Shown piece by piece: positions 9,622 to 19,179 of a stretch of DNA of 33,617 nucleotides. Within the stretch, counting starts at the first letter, position 1, and each line of letters starts with the position of its first letter. The notes under the pieces were generated by a model. That model searched no databases and was not told where the DNA came from. It worked only from the letters and a program-made list of their open reading frames with translations. A program made the translations under genes and the position numbers. This DNA comes from an uncultured Acidimicrobiaceae bacterium (GTDB lineage: Bacteria; Actinomycetota; Acidimicrobiia; Spongiisociales; UBA5794): positions 1 to 33,617 of the forward strand of contig CAZYGP010000002.1 in NCBI GenBank assembly GCA_964647265.1, in the 5' to 3' direction.

Positions 9622-11094
9622 CTATTGTCCGCTCTTCGCCACGGACATGAGGAACTCGGCGTTCGACTTGGTGCTCTTGAGACGGTCGATGAGCAGCTCG
9701 AGAGCCGCGCCCGACTCGAGGGCGAGCAGCACCCTGCGGAGCTTCCACACCTCTTGGAGTTCCGAACGATCGAACAGCAGCTCCTCGCGGCGGGTCCCTG
9801 ACGACTCGATGTCGATCGCCGGATAGATCCGCTTGTCCGCGAGCTTGCGGTCGAGCCTGAGCTCCATGTTCCCGGTGCCCTTGAACTCCTCGAAGATGAC
9901 CTCGTCCATACGGCTCCCGGTTTCGACGAGCGCCGTGCCGATGATCGTGAGGCTGCCGCCCTCCTCGATGTTGCGTGCCGCACCGAAGAACCGCTTCGGT
10001 GGGTACAGCGCCGTCGAATCGACACCACCCGACAGGATGCGCCCGGATGCCGGCGTTGCGAGGTTGTGTGCCCTCGCCAGGCGCGTGATCGAGTCGAGCA
10101 GGATGACCACATCGGTCCCTGCCTCGACGAGGCGCTTCGCACGCTCGATCGCGAGTTCCGACACCTGTGTGTGCTCCTCGGCAGGTCGGTCGAACGTCGA
10201 GTAGATGACCTCGCCCTTGACCGAGCGCTGCATGTCGGTCACTTCCTCGGGCCGCTCATCGACGAGGACGACCATGAGGTAGCACTCTGGATTGTTCGCA
10301 GCGATCGAGTTGGCGATGTCCTTGAGGACCGTGGTCTTGCCCGCCTTGGGCGGTGAGACGACGAGGCCACGCTGGCCCTTGCCGATGGGAGCGATCAAGT
10401 CGATGATCCGAGCCATCATCAGGTCGTGGTGCCCTTCGACCTCGAGTCGGAGCCGCTCGTCGGGGAAGAGAGGTGTCAAGGTTGCGAACTTCGGACGGTC
10501 AGCGGCCAGTTCCGGATCCATCCCGTTCACCTTCACGGCACGCACCAGGGCGGGGAACTTCTCCTGGGCACGTGCCGGACGTACGGGACCCTCGACAACG
10601 TCGCCCTTTCGGAGCCTGTCCCTCCGGACGATGTTCGCAGCGACGTAGACGTCCTTGTCTCCGGGGAGATACCCGGTGACCCTGAGGAACCCGTAGCCCT
10701 CGGGGAGGATGTCGAGGATTCCTTGTCGTACCTCGAGGTCTGTCTCATCGACCGGTTCGCGGTTGCGGGTTCGGCTGCGGCTCCGATTTCGGTTGCGGTT
10801 CCGCCTCGCGCCTTGCTGGTCGTCGTTCCGGTCGAAGCGATCGTTGCGATCGTCGTCGTCGTCTGCGCCACCGTCATCATCTGACGACTCGGAAGCCGGG
10901 GACTCCGAAGCGACCTCGGCGACGGACTCGGGGGTCACCTCGGGAAGCATGGAGGGGTCGAATCCTTCGGCATCCAGAATGGCTGCGATCAGCTTCGACT
11001 TCTGCATGCCGTCGGGATCGATGTCCACCGACGTCGCCATGTCTCGCAGTTGCGGGAGTTTCAACTCCTGCAGACGTGCCCTTTCGATGCTCAT
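9622..11094 (-). CDS. rho: Transcription termination factor Rho with R/N/D-rich N-terminal insertion
   Basis: Start ATG at 11092-11094 ([20 protein letters not shown], Rho N-terminal domain). Walker A PPKAGKT and RecA-like core LVDERPEEV...SGGVD. Low-complexity insert [42 protein letters not shown]. Confidence 0.93.
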   Translation of the reverse strand: MSIERARLQELKLPQLRDMATSVDIDPDGMQKSKLIAAILDAEGFDPSMLPEVTPESVAEVASESPASESSDDDGGADDDDDRNDRFDRNDDQQGARRNRNRNRSRSRTRNREPVDETDLEVRQGILDILPEGYGFLRVTGYLPGDKDVYVAANIVRRDRLRKGDVVEGPVRPARAQEKFPALVRAVKVNGMDPELAADRPKFATLTPLFPDERLRLEVEGHHDLMMARIIDLIAPIGKGQRGLVVSPPKAGKTTVLKDIANSIAANNPECYLMVVLVDERPEEVTDMQRSVKGEVIYSTFDRPAEEHTQVSELAIERAKRLVEAGTDVVILLDSITRLARAHNLATPASGRILSGGVDSTALYPPKRFFGAARNIEEGGSLTIIGTALVETGSRMDEVIFEEFKGTGNMELRLDRKLADKRIYPAIDIESSGTRREELLFDRSELQEVWKLRRVLLALESGAALELLIDRLKSTKSNAEFLMSVAKSGQ

Positions 11095-11265
11095 CTCGGC
11101 TGGTCCCCTTTCGAGATGGTGAGATTGGTTTGGCCCTCGTCCCGGATGGGCGTGCGGCCAAGGATGCAGCGCGACACGCCAGTGTGCGGGTGAGCGCTCG
11201 GGGATCCCACGAAGCGACCGAGGGGCCGTTGGCGGGATTGACGACACTATAGGGTCGAGTCTCCG

Positions 11266-12417
11266 CTATTCGTCGGGATTTCCTTCGAAGTCGAATGCGT
11301 CCGGTCGTCCGAGGGCGGGCGTCGGCGCTCCGTCGTCGAGCTCGAGCTCTTCGATCCTGGCGCCGCGACCTGAGATCTTGTCGGCAGAGATGCGGATGTC
11401 CTTGATGTCGCGCTCTGCCTGGTCGAAGTGCGTCTCGAGCTTGTGGACCCGGTCCATGAGGCGATCGACATCCTTGAGCATCACGCCGATCTCCACCTGG
11501 ATGAGGCCCGCCTGCTCGCGCATGCGGACGTCGCGGAGAACGGCACGCACGGTGGTGAGCGTCGCCATCATCGTCGTCGGTGATACGAGGTACACCTTTG
11601 ATCGGTGGCTCAACTCGACGACGTCGGGGTGGTGGGCATGCAGCTCCGCATAGACGGCTTCGGAGGGGATGAACATCAGCGCGGAGTCGGAGGTCTCGCC
11701 GGGAAGGATGTAACGCTCGGCAATGTCCCTGATGTGCTTCTTGGTGTCCGTCCCGAGCTGTTTCGAGAACACTGCCCTCTCCACGTCGCTGTCAGTGTTG
11801 AGCATCGACATGTACGAGGTCAGCGGAAACTTCGCGTCGATCACGATCGGACCGGGAGGATTGGGGAGCTTGATCACGCAGTCGGCCCGCTTTGCGTTCG
11901 ACAGGACGACCTGGAACGCATAGGCGCTCGGCGGAAGCGCGTCGATGACGATGTCATTGAGCTGGACCTCTCCGAACGCACCCCTCGCGTGTTTGTCGTC
12001 AAGCACGTGTTGGAGGCTCACCACCTGCTCGGAGAGCTCGGTGATGTTCTTCTGCGCCTTGTCGATCGTCTCGAGGCGCTGGGAGAGCTCACCGAGCGAC
12101 TTCGCCGTCGCCTTGGCCGAACCCGTGAGGTTCTCCCCCATCGTCGAGTGCACCGCGTCGAGCCTCTCGTTGAGCTGCTGCGCGAGCTGCTGTTGGGAGA
12201 CGGTGAGCGTGTCGGTCAACGCTTTCGATGTCGCGACCTGGTTCTGAGCGACCGAATCCACCTTGCCGACAAGGGCCTGTTGCGCCGCCATCAACTCGGA
12301 CATCCGCCTATCGACGTCGTCCGTCGCCGACGCCCTTGCCATGGAAACGAGTTTGACAAGGGCAACAGTGAGCCCGATCACCACGATGACGAGGAATCCG
12401 ACGAGTGCGTACGTCAC
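11266..12417 (-). CDS. rmuC: DNA recombination protein RmuC
   Basis: 383 aa with an N-terminal TM anchor, a long Q/L/A-rich coiled-coil region and a C-terminal RmuC nuclease-like region (ADCVIKLPN...IVIDAKFPL...MFIPSEAVY). GTG start. Confidence 0.8.
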   Translation of the reverse strand: MTYALVGFLVIVVIGLTVALVKLVSMARASATDDVDRRMSELMAAQQALVGKVDSVAQNQVATSKALTDTLTVSQQQLAQQLNERLDAVHSTMGENLTGSAKATAKSLGELSQRLETIDKAQKNITELSEQVVSLQHVLDDKHARGAFGEVQLNDIVIDALPPSAYAFQVVLSNAKRADCVIKLPNPPGPIVIDAKFPLTSYMSMLNTDSDVERAVFSKQLGTDTKKHIRDIAERYILPGETSDSALMFIPSEAVYAELHAHHPDVVELSHRSKVYLVSPTTMMATLTTVRAVLRDVRMREQAGLIQVEIGVMLKDVDRLMDRVHKLETHFDQAERDIKDIRISADKISGRGARIEELELDDGAPTPALGRPDAFDFEGNPDE

Positions 12418-12559
12418 GAGGCCCCAAAACCTGTCGTGCTGGGTGTCTTGCTGGCTGTTTCGCTGGCTGGCTTGCTCACACTCTCAGCGTAGATCCGGGG
12501 TGTGACAGAAACGCGGATGGAACCGACCGCGGCGTGGATCGCAGGATCGCCGGTGGTCC

Positions 12560-13585
12560 TCAGCCGAGCCCGGCGGCCGAAGCGACGGCGGACACGGTGG
12601 CAGAGATCGGGTCGGGCAGCACGAGGTCTTTCGTCGCCGTCGCCGGATCCTTCAGGCCGTGACCCGTCACGGTGCACACAATCGACCCTTCCGGGAGTTC
12701 GGCGCGGAACTTGATGATCCCGGCGACGCCGGCCGCCGACGCCGGTTCGCAGAAGACGCCGACGGACGCGGCGAGGAGTCGATACGCATCGAGGATCTCA
12801 TCGTCGGTGACGGCTTCGATCCTCCCACCGGACTCGTCACGAGCTGCGACCGCTCCGTCCCAGGAGGCGGGATTTCCGATGCGGATCGCGGTGGCAATCG
12901 TCTCCGGCTCGTCGAACACCTCGCCGAACACGATGGGCGCGGCGCCTTCCGCTTGGAATCCCCACATCGCAGGCGCCGTCCCAGACTCCGTGTATCCCTT
13001 CCAGTATGCGGTGATGTTCCCTGCGTTCCCGACGGGCAGAGCGTGGACGACAGGCGCGTCACCAAGGGCATCGATGACCTCGAACGCCGCAGTCTTCTGT
13101 GCCTCGATCCGATATGGGTTCACTGAGTTGACGAGCGCCACATCGAAGTCGGACGCCAGGTCCCGGACGATGCGAAGCGCATCGTCGAAGTTCCCCTCGA
13201 TGGGTACCACCGTCGCGCCATGGACAAGAGCCTGTGCGAGCTTCCCCGCTGCGATCTTTCCCGCCGGGAGGACCACGACGCAACCGATCCCCGCGCGCCC
13301 GGCATAAGCGGCAGCCGACGCTGAGGTGTTGCCCGTCGAGGCACAGGCGACGGCACGAGCACCCGATTCGACTGCTTTGGACACGGCCAGGGTCATTCCC
13401 CGGTCTTTGAAGGATCCTGTCGGGTTCATTCCCTCGAACTTCAGGAGGACGTCCCTACCGACGATCGCAGACACGGCAGGTGCCGGAATCAGCGGAGTGC
13501 CGCCCTCGAGGAGCGTCACGACCGGGGTCTCGTCCGTGACGGGCAGGCGGTCACGGAACTCCTCGATGACTCCGCGCCAGATCAC
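12560..13585 (-). CDS. thrC: Threonine synthase
   Basis: PLP-lysine motif [14 protein letters not shown] and the ASTGNTSAS loop. The GTG start forms a GTGA overlap with the hom stop. Confidence 0.92.
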   Translation of the reverse strand: MIWRGVIEEFRDRLPVTDETPVVTLLEGGTPLIPAPAVSAIVGRDVLLKFEGMNPTGSFKDRGMTLAVSKAVESGARAVACASTGNTSASAAAYAGRAGIGCVVVLPAGKIAAGKLAQALVHGATVVPIEGNFDDALRIVRDLASDFDVALVNSVNPYRIEAQKTAAFEVIDALGDAPVVHALPVGNAGNITAYWKGYTESGTAPAMWGFQAEGAAPIVFGEVFDEPETIATAIRIGNPASWDGAVAARDESGGRIEAVTDDEILDAYRLLAASVGVFCEPASAAGVAGIIKFRAELPEGSIVCTVTGHGLKDPATATKDLVLPDPISATVSAVASAAGLG

Positions 13586-14871
13586 GTCGTGTCGCCGAGG
13601 ACCCGGATGACCGAGGCGACCTCGATCACATCGTCGAGGGCTCGGAGGTTCGCCACCGCGACCCGCTGGTCCCTCTCCATGGCGCGATGGGTGACGATGA
13701 CGAGCGCTGCCTCGTCGTCAGCGCCCTCCTGCCACACGGACCGGATCGAGACGCCTGCGTCCCCGAAGACCGATGCGATCCTCGCGAGGACGCCGGGGCG
13801 ATCCTCGACGAGCAGGCGAACGTACCGCGCCGTAGACACGTCTTCGAACGGGACGATATCGCCGGGAGAGAACCGGATGCGCGGAGCGACCTGGGCGCCA
13901 GCGAGCATTTCCCGTGCAGCGTCGATCACGTCACCGAGGACGGCCGTCGCTGTGGGCTCACCTCCGGCACCGGGACCGGCGAACAGGAGCGAGTCGATCG
14001 AAGGTCCCTCGATGAACACGGCATTCGTGGCTCCTCGGATCGCGGCGAGCGGATGATCCGTCGGGATGAGGGCAGGGTGGACGCGTGCACTGATACCTGC
14101 GGGCGTTCGCTCGCACACAGCGATCAGCTTCACCGCGTACCCGAACTCGGCGGCGAACCCGATATCGACCGCTTCGATCGACTCGATGCCCTCGCGGTAG
14201 ACGTCATCGAGCCCCGTCCACGTACCGAAGGCGAGCGAGGCGAGGATCGCTGCCTTCGCCGCAGAGTCGGCTCCGGACACATCGGCGGTCGGGTCGGGCT
14301 CCGCATATCCGAGCGCTTGGGCACCCGAGAGCGCATCGGAATAGGACTCTCCGAACTCTGACATCTGGGTGAGGATGTGGTTCGTCGTGCCGTTCACGAT
14401 CCCGAGCACACGGGTGATCGATTCCCCTGCAAGCGTCTCTGACAGGGGTCGAATGATGGGGATGCCGCCACCGACGGAGGCCTCGAACAGGAGGGGAACC
14501 CCCGCACGTTCGGCGGCGGCGATCAACTCTGGGCCACGCGCTGCGATAAGTTCCTTGTTGGCCGAGACCACGGGCTTGCCGAGCTCGATCGCTGCAAGGA
14601 TCAGGTCCCCTGCAGGGTCGCGCCCTCCCATGACCTCGACGATCAGGTCGACGGTCGGGTCGTTGACGACCGCGAAGGGGTCGTCGGTCAGCAGGCCATC
14701 GGACACGGGGAACTCCCTGGTTCGATGGACGTCCCGCACACCGATCCTGCGAACATCAAAGGTGAGGCCGGTCTTGAGCGCGATTGCAGCCGAGTCGCCG
14801 ATCAATCGGCGCACCAGTGCTCCGCCCACGGTGCCTGCACCCAGCAGGCCGATTCCGATCGTTCGTTCCAT
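13582..14871 (-). CDS. hom: Homoserine dehydrogenase (with C-terminal ACT domain)
   Basis: Start ATG at 14869-14871 ([20 protein letters not shown]-binding GxGxxG). Catalytic region [14 protein letters not shown]-like tail [27 protein letters not shown]. The ORF-track extension upstream to 15258 is rejected. Confidence 0.92.
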   Translation of the reverse strand: MERTIGIGLLGAGTVGGALVRRLIGDSAAIALKTGLTFDVRRIGVRDVHRTREFPVSDGLLTDDPFAVVNDPTVDLIVEVMGGRDPAGDLILAAIELGKPVVSANKELIAARGPELIAAAERAGVPLLFEASVGGGIPIIRPLSETLAGESITRVLGIVNGTTNHILTQMSEFGESYSDALSGAQALGYAEPDPTADVSGADSAAKAAILASLAFGTWTGLDDVYREGIESIEAVDIGFAAEFGYAVKLIAVCERTPAGISARVHPALIPTDHPLAAIRGATNAVFIEGPSIDSLLFAGPGAGGEPTATAVLGDVIDAAREMLAGAQVAPRIRFSPGDIVPFEDVSTARYVRLLVEDRPGVLARIASVFGDAGVSIRSVWQEGADDEAALVIVTHRAMERDQRVAVANLRALDDVIEVASVIRVLGDTT

Positions 14872-14983
14872 GTCGGGCGACGATAGCCGTGGGGATGTGG
14901 TTCCCATCCGCAGACGCCCGACCTGAGCGAGTTTCCACGAAGTGCACTTCAGCTTTCGCGACTTCCTGCCGTTACCACTACGC

Positions 14984-16474
14984 ATGGGGATGGACCGCAG
15001 TCGGCTGGGCGCGATACTCGTGTCGGTCGTCGTCGTCGCGACGGCGCTCGGCTCCGGCCCCGCGCTCGCCGACGACCACGACCACGCTGACGAACCAACG
15101 GACGTCGTGACCGTTGACCCAACGGACACCACGGACACGACCGACACGACCGACACCACGGACACGACCGACACCGTCGCCACGACCGACACGACCGACA
15201 CCGTTGCCACGACGGACACGATCGAGAAGGTCGCCCCCGCGCCCGGGCCACGGCGCACATTCGTGCCCGTGAAGCGCTACAACGTTCTCCGAAAGCTCGT
15301 CTTTCCCGTGGTCGGCCTCTCGAAGTACTGGTCCGGGTTCGGCGACTGCCGCGACAACTGCACGCGGGAGCATCACGGCATCGACATCTTCACCTACGGC
15401 TACAAAGGGTTCCCGATCGTCGCCGCCCACGATGGGACGGTCACCAAGGTCACATACGACGAGGGCAACCCCGGATGCTCCGTACGGATCCGCGGCAAGG
15501 ACCGGTGGGAGACCCGGTACTACCACCTCAACAACGATCTCCCGGTTCCCGGGACGGACGAGATCGGGGCTCCATGTCCGGCCCCGGGCATCGAGGTCGG
15601 TACCGAGGTCAGGGCGGGCCAGATCATCGGGTACATGGGTGACAGCGGAAACGCCGAGGACACGCCGCCCCACCTGCACTTCGAACTCCGGAACAGGAGC
15701 GGATACCCCATCGACCCATACCGGTCATTGAAGAACGCTGCGCGGGTCACCTACGAGTGGTTACCCGCAGATCCCCAGGTGACGACGATGCGGCTGTCAG
15801 AGGCCTCCCACACCTCGGCACGGATGCTCACCATCATCGATTCTCAGGTCATGCACCGTGTGGGTGCCAGCGAGGCAGGCGCAACGTTCCTCGAGAGCCC
15901 GCTGCTCGCCGTCGATCGGACAGACCCGACGCGTGCGATCTCCGAAATCAAGAGGTTGGCACCTGAGCGCATCCTGATCATGCATGGCGACCCTGGAAGC
16001 TGGCTCGAGCAGCTTGCACGACCACTCGCGCCGATCGCCGCCCGATGGGAGATCCCCAACCCGCATGCGCCCGTACTGGGCCAGACGCCGGACGCCGTCG
16101 AAGCCGTGCCCTTCGAGTACAACCCTCCCGACCGCTTCACCACCATCATCGCCGGTGTCGTCGACCGGATCCACCGATCACGTGTCGAGGCGTTCGAGGC
16201 GTACGCATTCGATCACCTGTCGATCGTCCTCACCTCCGAGACCTGGGCGCCGCACGCGATCGGTGAACCATCGCGGAGCTGGCCGGGCAAGGACGCGGAC
16301 CAGACCCTGCTGTGGTGGCACACCGGCTCGGGATGGGTGGGAACATCGACGATGGACGAGGCTCCACATCCAGGATTCGCCTATGTCACGGAGAAGCTCG
16401 CCCAGCCCCAGACGCTGAACTTCCTCTCCAGTCTCGCCGAGCTGCCGCCTTACCCCGTGTGGAAGTCCTCATGA
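14984..16474 (+). CDS. Secreted M23-family metallopeptidase, paralog A, with (TDT)n linker and unassigned C-terminal module
   Basis: Signal peptide MGMDRSRLGAILVSVVVVATALGSGPALA. M23 motifs HHGID (HxxxD) and HLHFE (HxH). About 250-aa C-terminal region shared with paralog B. The start could be ATG 14984 or ATG 14990. Confidence 0.8.
   Translation: MGMDRSRLGAILVSVVVVATALGSGPALADDHDHADEPTDVVTVDPTDTTDTTDTTDTTDTTDTVATTDTTDTVATTDTIEKVAPAPGPRRTFVPVKRYNVLRKLVFPVVGLSKYWSGFGDCRDNCTREHHGIDIFTYGYKGFPIVAAHDGTVTKVTYDEGNPGCSVRIRGKDRWETRYYHLNNDLPVPGTDEIGAPCPAPGIEVGTEVRAGQIIGYMGDSGNAEDTPPHLHFELRNRSGYPIDPYRSLKNAARVTYEWLPADPQVTTMRLSEASHTSARMLTIIDSQVMHRVGASEAGATFLESPLLAVDRTDPTRAISEIKRLAPERILIMHGDPGSWLEQLARPLAPIAARWEIPNPHAPVLGQTPDAVEAVPFEYNPPDRFTTIIAGVVDRIHRSRVEAFEAYAFDHLSIVLTSETWAPHAIGEPSRSWPGKDADQTLLWWHTGSGWVGTSTMDEAPHPGFAYVTEKLAQPQTLNFLSSLAELPPYPVWKSS
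15122..15220 (+). repeat. In-frame 9-nt tandem repeat (ACS GAC ACS) encoding TDTTDTTDTTDTTDTVATTDTTDTVATTDT
   Basis: Read directly from the sequence: acggacacc acggacacg accgacacg accgacacc acggacacg accgacacc gtcgcc ... An 18/27-nt higher-order unit ending in GTY GCC occurs twice. Confidence 0.9.
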
Positions 16475-16540
16475 TCTCAGCCCTGGTGCTCATCAACGGG
16501 TGAACTCGCACTCGCTGGGGTGTCCACGTATGCTCGGCGG

Positions 16541-17941
16541 ATGACCACTCGGCACCGGTTCGGTCGGATCGCGACCGTCTTTGCGATCGCAGTACTCGCG
16601 CTGATGATCTCGGTGAGCGCGGCTGAGGGGTCTGATGGGGCCAGCGACGCGACCACAGGGTCCGTCGACAGTTCGGTTGGCGTTGCCGTGTTCGACCCGA
16701 CCGATCCCCTCCAGATCGTCCGACCGCTCGTGTTCCCGGTGGTGGGCACCAGCTCGTTCTCCCCCTCTTTCGGAGCGTGCAGGGACGGGTGCACGCGCCT
16801 CCATGAGGGCATCGACATCATGACCTTCGGATGGAAGGGCGTTCCCGTGGTCGCAGCCCACGACGGTGTGGTCACGTGGGCGCACGTCGGTGGTGACCTT
16901 GCAGGGTGCGGCGTCATCATCACGGCGGACGATGGTTGGTCGACCGTGTACACCCACTTGAACACCGATCTCCCGGGGACGGACGTCGACGAGGCTCCGT
17001 GCTTCGCACCGGGGATCACGGTCGGCGCGGCGCTCTCGGCGGGAACGGTAATCGGATGGGTCGGAGATGCCGGGAACGCGGAGGAGACCCCACCGCACCT
17101 CCACTTCGAGATCCGACATCCCAGCGGCGTCGCCGTCGACCCGTGGATCTCGCTCGTCGGGGCGGAGCGGATCGACCACCATTGGATCGATGCCTCAGAC
17201 CTTGCCGCGGTCGCCAGGGCCATGCACGACGAAGCCCGCACCATCTACGTTGTGTCGGTCGACGTGCTCGCGTCGCTGACCGACGCCGATACGGCAATGG
17301 CGACCTACGACGCCCCGTTGATCCCCCATGACCCGAACGATCCGGGGTCGGTCCTCGACGCCGTCCGCGACTACAAGCCGGAGCGGATCATCCTGTTCAC
17401 GGGTGATGCGTCATCGGAGTTCATCTCAGATCTCGTCACCGCAGCACCGATCGTTGCGATCGTTCGGGCGGGCGAGGAGGTCGACGAGGTGGAGGCAACC
17501 GACATCGCACCCGCGGACGCGGCAGTGATACCTGCACCGATCGTCGAGGACCCTGCGGTCCCGATCACGGCGCACGAGCCCATCGACAGCGAGACGATCG
17601 TCATCATCACCACGAAGGGATCGCTGCCACGGCAGGTCCCACAGACCCTCGATGGCTTCCCCGTCATCGTGCTGTCGGGTCGCACTGCGAACGTCGACGC
17701 CGGTGTCAGCGTCACAGGGAAGCCCGACGACAGTGCGAATCGAAACGGTCTGTGGTGGCTGACCGCTGACGGGTGGCGAATGACGAACTCGATGGATGAT
17801 CGCCCGCCGCAGCCGATGGCATTCGTGGCGTCGCCCGATGCCAAGCCGTGGACGATCGCGTTCCTGACGAGTTCAGCGTCCGCGCCTCCGATGCCCCTCT
17901 GGCACCATCAACCGACGTCCTTTGCGACCATGTCCCGGTAG
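16541..17941 (+). CDS. Secreted M23-family metallopeptidase, paralog B
   Basis: Signal peptide MTTRHRFGRIATVFAIAVLALMISVSAAEG. M23 motifs HEGID and HLHFE. Colinear with paralog A, including four Cys and the C-terminal module. Alternative GTG start at 16520. Confidence 0.8.
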   Translation: MTTRHRFGRIATVFAIAVLALMISVSAAEGSDGASDATTGSVDSSVGVAVFDPTDPLQIVRPLVFPVVGTSSFSPSFGACRDGCTRLHEGIDIMTFGWKGVPVVAAHDGVVTWAHVGGDLAGCGVIITADDGWSTVYTHLNTDLPGTDVDEAPCFAPGITVGAALSAGTVIGWVGDAGNAEETPPHLHFEIRHPSGVAVDPWISLVGAERIDHHWIDASDLAAVARAMHDEARTIYVVSVDVLASLTDADTAMATYDAPLIPHDPNDPGSVLDAVRDYKPERIILFTGDASSEFISDLVTAAPIVAIVRAGEEVDEVEATDIAPADAAVIPAPIVEDPAVPITAHEPIDSETIVIITTKGSLPRQVPQTLDGFPVIVLSGRTANVDAGVSVTGKPDDSANRNGLWWLTADGWRMTNSMDDRPPQPMAFVASPDAKPWTIAFLTSSASAPPMPLWHHQPTSFATMSR

Positions 17942-19179
17942 GTCTCACGCTCGATGACCACCCTCGCCGTGTCTCCTCGTACGAACACGACGGCGGGCCG
18001 CGGCACCTTGTTGTAGTTCGACCCCATGGAGTGACCGTACGCGCCGGTGACAGGTGTCACCAGGATGTCACCGACGACGACATCGGCGGGGAGCCGCGCG
18101 TCACGGACGATGAAGTCGCCCGATTCGCAGTGCTTACCGACGATCCGCACGGCTCTGGACCGCCTGGCACCGACGGCCCTGGCGAGGAAGGCCTCGTATC
18201 CGCTCCCATACAGGACGGGCCGAGGGTTGTCCGACATCCCGCCATCAACGGCGACGTACGTGCGCGTTCGGGGGATGTCCTTGATCGTGCCGATGGTGTA
18301 GGCCGTGACCGCTGCGTCCGCAACGATCGATCGACCGGGCTCCGCAGTGATGCGGGCGGTGATCCCCGCCTCTGCAGCGGCGTCGTGGACGACTCTCCCC
18401 CACTGCGCGATCGAGGGGCTCTCCTCGCCGTCGACGTACGCCACACCGAGCCCACCTCCGATCGAGACCTCCTCGATGTCGGCGCCGGCGATGAACGGTG
18501 CGATCGCGACGATCGCCTTCGCGAACGAGGCGACATCGAACACCTGGCTGCCGACATGGACGTGGAATCCCACGAGTGTCATCGAGGGCGACTGTTCGAT
18601 CGCGTCGACGGCACGACTTGCAATGCCCTCGACAATCGGGAACCCGAACTTCGAGTCGACGGCACCCGTGCGGAGATACTCGTGGGTGTGGGCCTCGATA
18701 CCCGGATTCAATCGCAGGAGGACCCGAACGGGTGCCGAAGGGGCGAGCGACCGGATCCGATCGATCTCGTCGAACGAGTCGACCACGATTCGACCGACTC
18801 CCTCGTCGATCGCGTATGCGAGTTCCTCGTCGGACTTGTTGTTCCCGTGCAGGATCAGGTGCGAGGCGGGTATGCCAGCGGCACGTGCCACGAACAGCTC
18901 GCCGCCCGTTGCGACGTCGATGTCCATTCCCGAGTCGTACGCGAGGCGAGCCATCGCCTTGCAGAGAAATGCCTTCGACGCGTACGCGACGCCACCGGGA
19001 AACGCGGCGACCGCTTCGCCGCACCTGTCGATGAGGTGCTGCTCGTCGTACACGAACAGCGGCGTCCCGAAGCGTTCGGTGAGCTCGATGATGTCACATC
19101 CGCCGATGTGAAGCGTGTCGCCGTGAAGGCTCGCCCCGGACGGCAGCAGGTGCAGCGGTACGGGTCCTCCCGCTATCAC
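17908..19179 (-). CDS. lysA: Diaminopimelate decarboxylase
   Basis: Motifs GTPLFVYDE, PLP-lysine region AYASKAFLC, HVHVGSQ and CESGD. Start chosen at GTG 19177-19179, which forms a GTGA overlap with the argS stop. The track start at 19260 overlaps argS. Confidence 0.9.
   Translation of the reverse strand: MIAGGPVPLHLLPSGASLHGDTLHIGGCDIIELTERFGTPLFVYDEQHLIDRCGEAVAAFPGGVAYASKAFLCKAMARLAYDSGMDIDVATGGELFVARAAGIPASHLILHGNNKSDEELAYAIDEGVGRIVVDSFDEIDRIRSLAPSAPVRVLLRLNPGIEAHTHEYLRTGAVDSKFGFPIVEGIASRAVDAIEQSPSMTLVGFHVHVGSQVFDVASFAKAIVAIAPFIAGADIEEVSIGGGLGVAYVDGEESPSIAQWGRVVHDAAAEAGITARITAEPGRSIVADAAVTAYTIGTIKDIPRTRTYVAVDGGMSDNPRPVLYGSGYEAFLARAVGARRSRAVRIVGKHCESGDFIVRDARLPADVVVGDILVTPVTGAYGHSMGSNYNKVPRPAVVFVRGDTARVVIERETYRDMVAKDVG

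Noticed and set aside
15122-15220. Tandem repeat considered as a possible CRISPR or other noncoding array
   Set aside because: The unit is only 9 nt with no spacers. It is perfectly in frame inside a secreted protein ORF, so it is a coding low-complexity linker.
14872-15258. Upstream extension of the hom track ORF, containing a VSVVSVVATVSVV repeat
   Set aside because: The repeat is just the reverse-strand reading of the (TDT)n coding repeat of M23 paralog A. Hom homology, including the N-terminal GxGxxG, starts at ATG 14871.
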